Assembly: GCF_009914755.1 (NCBI RefSeq)
Contig: NC_060940.1
DNA from: the human T2T-CHM13v2.0 reference genome, Homo sapiens
Reading direction: 5' to 3' (one strand)
DNA length: 64,000 bases
Within the stretch, counting starts at the first letter, position 1. Every line of letters starts with the position of its first letter. Made by a program: the position numbers and the translations under genes. Positions 58,301-64,000 of the stretch are shown piece by piece. The notes under the pieces were generated by a model. The model was not told where the DNA came from. It saw only the letters and a list, made by a program, of their open reading frames with translations, and did no database searches.

Positions 58301-61300
58301 CGATGATTCCATTTGATTCCATATGATGATGATTCCATTCGATTCCATACGATGATGATTCCATTCGAGTCCATTCAATGGTGATTCCATTCCATTCCAT
58401 TCCATGATTCCTTTTGATTCCATTCGATGATGATGGCATTCGATTCCTTTCAATCATTCCCTTTGATTCCATTCAAAGGTGATTTCATTCAAGTCCATTC
58501 GATAATTGCATTCGATTCCATTCTATGATGATTCCATTCGAGTCCATTTGATGATTCCATTCAATTCAAGTCAATGATGATTCCATTCGATTCCATTCGA
58601 TGATTCCATTGGATTCCATTCGATGATGATTCCATTCAAATCCATTCGATAATTCAATTCAAGTCCATTCGATGATGATTCCAATCGAATCCATTCAAAG
58701 ATTCCATTCAGTTCCATTCGATGATAACCTTAGATTCCATTCGATGATTCCACTTGTTTCCATTTACGATGATTCCATTCGATTCCATGTGATGATTCCA
58801 TTCAATTCTATTCAATGATGTCTCCATTTGATTCCATTCGACCATGATTGCCTTTGCTTCCATTCAATGTTTCCATTCGGTTCCTTTTGATGATAATTCC
58901 GTTCGATTCCATTTGATGATTCCATTTGATTCCATTGGATGAGTCCATTCGATTACATTCGATGATTATTCCATTCGAGTGCATTAGATGATTCCATTCG
59001 AGTCCATTCGATGATTCCATTCGATTCCATTCGATGTTGATTCTGTTCAAATCCATTCGATGATTCCACTCGATTCCATTCGATGACTCCATTTGATCCC
59101 ATTCGATGATTTCCTGTGATTCCCTTTGATGATCATTCCATTTGATTCAATTCGGTGATTTCATTTGATTCCATTCAGTGATGTTTCCATTCCACTCCAT
59201 TCGATGATGATTCCATTCGACTCCATTCGATTATGATTTCATTCAATTCCATTCGATAATGATTCCCTTCAAGTCCATTCGATGATTCCATTCGATTCCA
59301 TTCAACGATGATTTGATTCGTGTCCATTCGATGATTCCATTTGATTCCACTTGATGATGATTCCATTCGAGTCCATTTGATGATTCCATTCAATTCCATT
59401 CTCCGATGATTTCTTTTGAGCCCATTCAATGCTTCCACTCGATTCCATATGATGATGACTCCATTCGATTAAATTCGATGATGATTCCGTTCGCTTGCGT
59501 TCGATGATGATTCCACTTGAGTCCGTTAGAAGATTCTATTCAATTACATTCCATGACGATTCCGATCGAGTCCATTTGATGATTCCATTAGACTCCATTC
59601 GACGATGATTCCATTCGATGTTATTCGATGATTCCATTCGATCTCATTCGATGATGATTCCATTCAACTCCATTCGATGTTTCCATTCGAGTTCATTCTA
59701 TTATTCCATTAGATTCCATTCGATGATGATTCCATTCGATTCCATTTGATGACTGCATTCTATTTCATTTGATGATGATTCCATTCGAGTCCACTCGATG
59801 ATTCCATTCGAGTCCATTTAATGAATCCATTGGTTTCAATTCTATGATGATTACATTGGATTCCATTCGTTGATGATTTCATTCGGTTCCATTCAATGAT
59901 GATTCCATTCAATTCCTTTCAATGTTTCCATTCAATTGCATACGATGATGCTTCCATTTGATTTGATTCGACAGTGAGCCATTCGATTCAATTCCATGAT
60001 GAATCTATTTTATTCAATTGGTTGACATTTCCATTCGATTCCATTCGATGATGATTCCCTTTGATTCCATTCAAAGATGATTCCATTCTAGCCCATTCAA
60101 TCATTCCATTCGATTCTATTCAATGATGATTCCATTCATGTCGATTTGGTGATTCCATTTGACTTCATTTGATGATGATTCCTTTCAAGTTCATTAGATG
60201 ATTCCATTCGATTCCATTTGATGATGATCCCATTCGAGTCCATTCAGTGATTCCATTCGTTTCCATTCCATGATGATTCCATTCCATTCCATTCAATGAT
60301 TCCATTCGATTCCGTTTGATGATGATTTCATTCGAGTCCATTTGATGTTTCCATTCGTTTCCATTCCATGATGATTCTATTCCATTCCATTCAATGATTC
60401 CATTCGATTCCGTTTGGTGATGATTTCATTCGAGTCCATTTGATGATTCCATTTGATTCCATTCGATGATGATTCCATTCGAGTCCATTCGATGATTCTA
60501 TTCGAATCCACTTGACGATTTCTTTTGATTATAGTTGGTGATGATTCCATTGGAGTCCATTCAATGATTCCATTCGATTCCAATCGATGGTGATTCCATT
60601 AGAGTCCATTTAATGATTCCATTTGATTCCAGTCTCTGATGATTACATTCGAGTCCATACGATGATTCCACTCAATTCCATATGATGATGATTCCATTCG
60701 ATTCCATTCGATGATTCCATTCTATTCTAATCGATGATGATTCCATTCGATTCCATTCGATGATGATTGGATTCGATTCCATTTGATGATTTCATTTGAT
60801 TCCATTCGTTAATGATTTCGATCAACTCCATTCGATGATTCCATTCGATTCCATTCGATAATGATTACATCCGAGTCCATTCGATGATTCCATTTGAGCC
60901 CGTTCGATAATTCCATTTGAGTCCAATCAATGATTCCATTCATTTCCATTCAATGATTCCATTCGAGTCCATTTGATCATTCTGGTAGGGTCCGTTCGAT
61001 GTTGATTCCATTGGAGTGCATTCGATGATTCCATTCGAGTCCATTTTATGATTTGATTCGAGTCCTTTCGATGATTCCATTCGATTCCACTCGATGATGA
61101 TTTCATTCGAGTCCATTCGACACTTCCAATCGATTCCATTTGATGTTTCCATTCGAGTCCAATTGATGATTCCATTCAATTCCATTCGATGATGATTCCG
61201 TACGATTCCATTCTGTGATGATTCCATGTGATTGCATTCAATGATGATTCCTTTCGATTGCATTCGATTGTGATTCATTTCGTGTTCATTCTATGGTTCC

Positions 61301-64000
61301 ACAGGTTTCCATTCGTGTCCATTCCATTATTCCATTCTATTCCATTTCATGATGATTCCATTCGATTCCATTCATTGGTGATTCCACTCAATTCCATTCA
61401 ATGATTCCATTCCATTTCTTTCAACAATGATTCCATTAGTTTCTAATCGATGATCCACTTGATTCCATTTGATGACGATTCCATTCTTGCCATTCGATGA
61501 TTCCATTTGATTCCATATGATGATGATTCCATTCGATTCCATACGATGATGATTCCATTCGAGTCCATTCAATGGTGATTCCATTCCATTCCATTCCATG
61601 ATTCCTTTTGATTCCATTCGATGATGATGGCATTCGATTCCTTTCAATCATTCCCTTTGATTCCATTCAAAGGTGATTTCATTCAAGTCCATTCGATAAT
61701 TGCATTCGATTCCATTCTATGATGATTCCATTCGAGTCCATTTGATGATTCCATTCAATTCAAGTCAATGATGATTCCATTCGATTCCATTCGATGATTC
61801 CATTGGATTCCATTCGATGATGATTCCATTCAAATCCATTCGATAATTCAATTCAAGTCCATTCGATGATGATTCCAATCGAATCCATTCAAAGATTCCA
61901 TTCAGTTCCATTCGATGATAACCTTAGATTCCATTCGATGATTCCACTTGTTTCCATTTACGATGATTCCATTCGATTCCATGTGATGATTCCATTCAAT
62001 TCTATTCAATGATGTCTCCATTTGATTCCATTCGACCATGATTGCCTTTGCTTCCATTCAATGTTTCCATTCGGTTCCTTTTGATGATAATTCCGTTCGA
62101 TTCCATTTGATGATTCCATTTGATTCCATTGGATGAGTCCATTCGATTACATTCGATGATTATTCCATTCGAGTGCATTAGATGATTCCATTCGAGTCCA
62201 TTCGATGATTCCATTCGATTCCATTCGATGTTGATTCTGTTCAAATCCATTCGATGATTCCACTCGATTCCATTCGATGACTCCATTTGATCCCATTCGA
62301 TGATTTCCTGTGATTCCCTTTGATGATCATTCCATTTGATTCAATTCGGTGATTTCATTTGATTCCATTCAGTGATGTTTCCATTCCACTCCATTCGATG
62401 ATGATTCCATTCGACTCCATTCGATTATGATTTCATTCAATTCCATTCGATAATGATTCCCTTCAAGTCCATTCGATGATTCCATTCGATTCCATTCAAC
62501 GATGATTTGATTCGTGTCCATTCGATGATTCCATTTGATTCCACTTGATGATGATTCCATTCGAGTCCATTTGATGATTCCATTCAATTCCATTCTCCGA
62601 TGATTTCTTTTGAGCCCATTCAATGCTTCCACTCGATTCCATATGATGATGACTCCATTCGATTAAATTCGATGATGATTCCGTTCGCTTGCGTTCGATG
62701 ATGATTCCACTTGAGTCCGTTAGAAGATTCTATTCAATTACATTCCATGACGATTCCGATCGAGTCCATTTGATGATTCCATTAGACTCCATTCGACGAT
62801 GATTCCATTCGATGTTATTCGATGATTCCATTCGATCTCATTCGATGATGATTCCATTCAACTCCATTCGATGTTTCCATTCGAGTTCATTCTATTATTC
62901 CATTAGATTCCATTCGATGATGATTCCATTCGATTCCATTTGATGATTGCATTCTATTTCATTTGATGATGATTCCATTCGAGTCCACTCGATGATTCCA
63001 TTCGAGTCCATTTAATGAATCCATTGGTTTCAATTCTATGATGATTACATTGGATTCCATTCGTTGATGATTTCATTCGGTTCCATTCAATGATGATTCC
63101 ATTCAATTCCTTTCAATGTTTCCATTCAATTGCATACGATGATGCTTCCATTTGATTTGATTCGACAGTGAGCCATTCGATTCAATTCCATGATGAATCT
63201 ATTTTATTCAATTGGTTGACATTTCCATTCGATTCCATTCGATGATGATTCCCTTTGATTCCATTCAAAGATGATTCCATTCTAGCCCATTCAATCATTC
63301 CATTCGATTCTATTCAATGATGATTCCATTCATGTCGATTTGGTGATTCCATTTGACTTCATTTGATGATGATTCCTTTCAAGTTCATTAGATGATTCCA
63401 TTCGATTCCATTTGATGATGATCCCATTCGAGTCCATTCAGTGATTCCATTCGTTTCCATTCCATGATGATTCCATTCCATTCCATTCAATGATTCCATT
63501 CGATTCCGTTTGATGATGATTTCATTCGAGTCCATTTGATGTTTCCATTCGTTTCCATTCCATGATGATTCCATTCCATTCCATTCAATGATTCCATTCG
63601 ATTCCGTTTGGTGATGATTTCATTCGAGTCCATTTGATGATTCCATTTGATTCCATTCGATGATGATTCCATTCGAGTCCATTCGATGATTCTATTCGAA
63701 TCCACTTGACGATTTCTTTTGATTATAGTTGGTGATGATTCCATTGGAGTCCATTCAATGATTCCATTCGATTCCAATCGATGGTGATTCCATTAGAGTC
63801 CATTTAATGATTCCATTTGATTCCAGTCTCTGATGATTACATTCGAGTCCATACGATGATTCCACTCAATTCCATATGATGATGATTCCATTCGATTCCA
63901 TTCGATGATTCCATTCTATTCTAATCGATGATGATTCCATTCGATTCCATTCGATGATGACTGGATTCGATTCCATTTGATGATTTCATTTGATTCCATT
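55397..64000 (+). repeat. 3194 bp higher-order repeat, about 2.7 copies, running off the window end
   Basis: 55981/59175/62369, 57746/60940 and 58808/62002 are all 3194 bp apart. The diagnostic junction ttctattctaatcgatg occurs at ~57535, ~60729 and ~63923. Confidence 0.92.
57061..57256 (+). repeat. 98 bp tandem duplication fixed in the 3194 bp unit (also at ~60255 and ~63449)
   Basis: attcgtttccattccatgatgattccattccattccattcaatg starts at both 57061 and 57159. Confidence 0.85.

Larger units (their letters stand above)
1..64000 (+). repeat. Satellite II (HSat2/HSATII) pericentromeric array, CATTC strand on +; probably HSat2B-type
   Basis: Continuous CATTC/CATTCGATTC/CATTCGAGTC/GATGATTC motifs with dense TCGA. 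The ~23 and ~26 bp monomers distinguish it from the simpler (CATTC)n HSat3. No unique sequence seen. The subfamily call rests on the ~6.1 kb period and is inference. Confidence 0.97.

Noticed and set aside
307-63777. Over 100 short ORFs with MESNGIIEWN-like peptides, mostly on the minus strand
   Set aside because: These are translations of the GAATG satellite strand. They are low complexity, recur with the HOR period, and are freely broken by indels and stops between copies. Used only as positional landmarks.
1-64000. Regular short repeats with variable intervening sequence, superficially CRISPR-like
   Set aside because: No unique spacers, leader or cas genes; all sequence is satellite-derived.
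1-64000. Firm assignment to human chr16q11.2, or a call of alpha satellite / HSat3
   Set aside because: There is no 171 bp monomer or CENP-B box, and the sequence is too CpG- and GAT-rich for HSat3. Chromosome and species cannot be proven without alignment, so chr16 remains an inference from the ~6.1 kb period.

Overview
The whole 64 kb window is one uninterrupted block of CATTC-derived, CpG-containing classical satellite (CATTCGATTCCATTCGATGAT-type, ~23/26 bp monomers). This is human/primate Satellite II (HSat2), with the CATTC strand on + throughout. I see no credible genes, RNA genes or transposon insertions; all listed ORFs are translations of the repeat. The information lies in the higher-order repeat (HOR) structure, which changes along the window. 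Positions 1-~2930 are divergent and out of register. About four copies of a ~6.06 kb HOR follow (~2930-27625), then a ~6.13 kb subfamily. Next come ~6.8 kb units made by an internal 731 bp duplication, a rearranged transition zone (~53.5-55.4 kb), and a 3194 bp HOR running to the end. A ~6.1 kb HSat2 unit is what has been described for the chromosome 16 pericentromeric array (HSat2B); that placement is inference only. The most distinctive single signal is a 20 bp opposite-strand fold-back insertion (36462-36481) at a ~2.27 kb deletion junction. Periods were derived from the coordinates of recurring landmarks and ORF-track paralogs, not from an alignment program. I found no novel gene system; the findings concern how the satellite array mutates and evolves.
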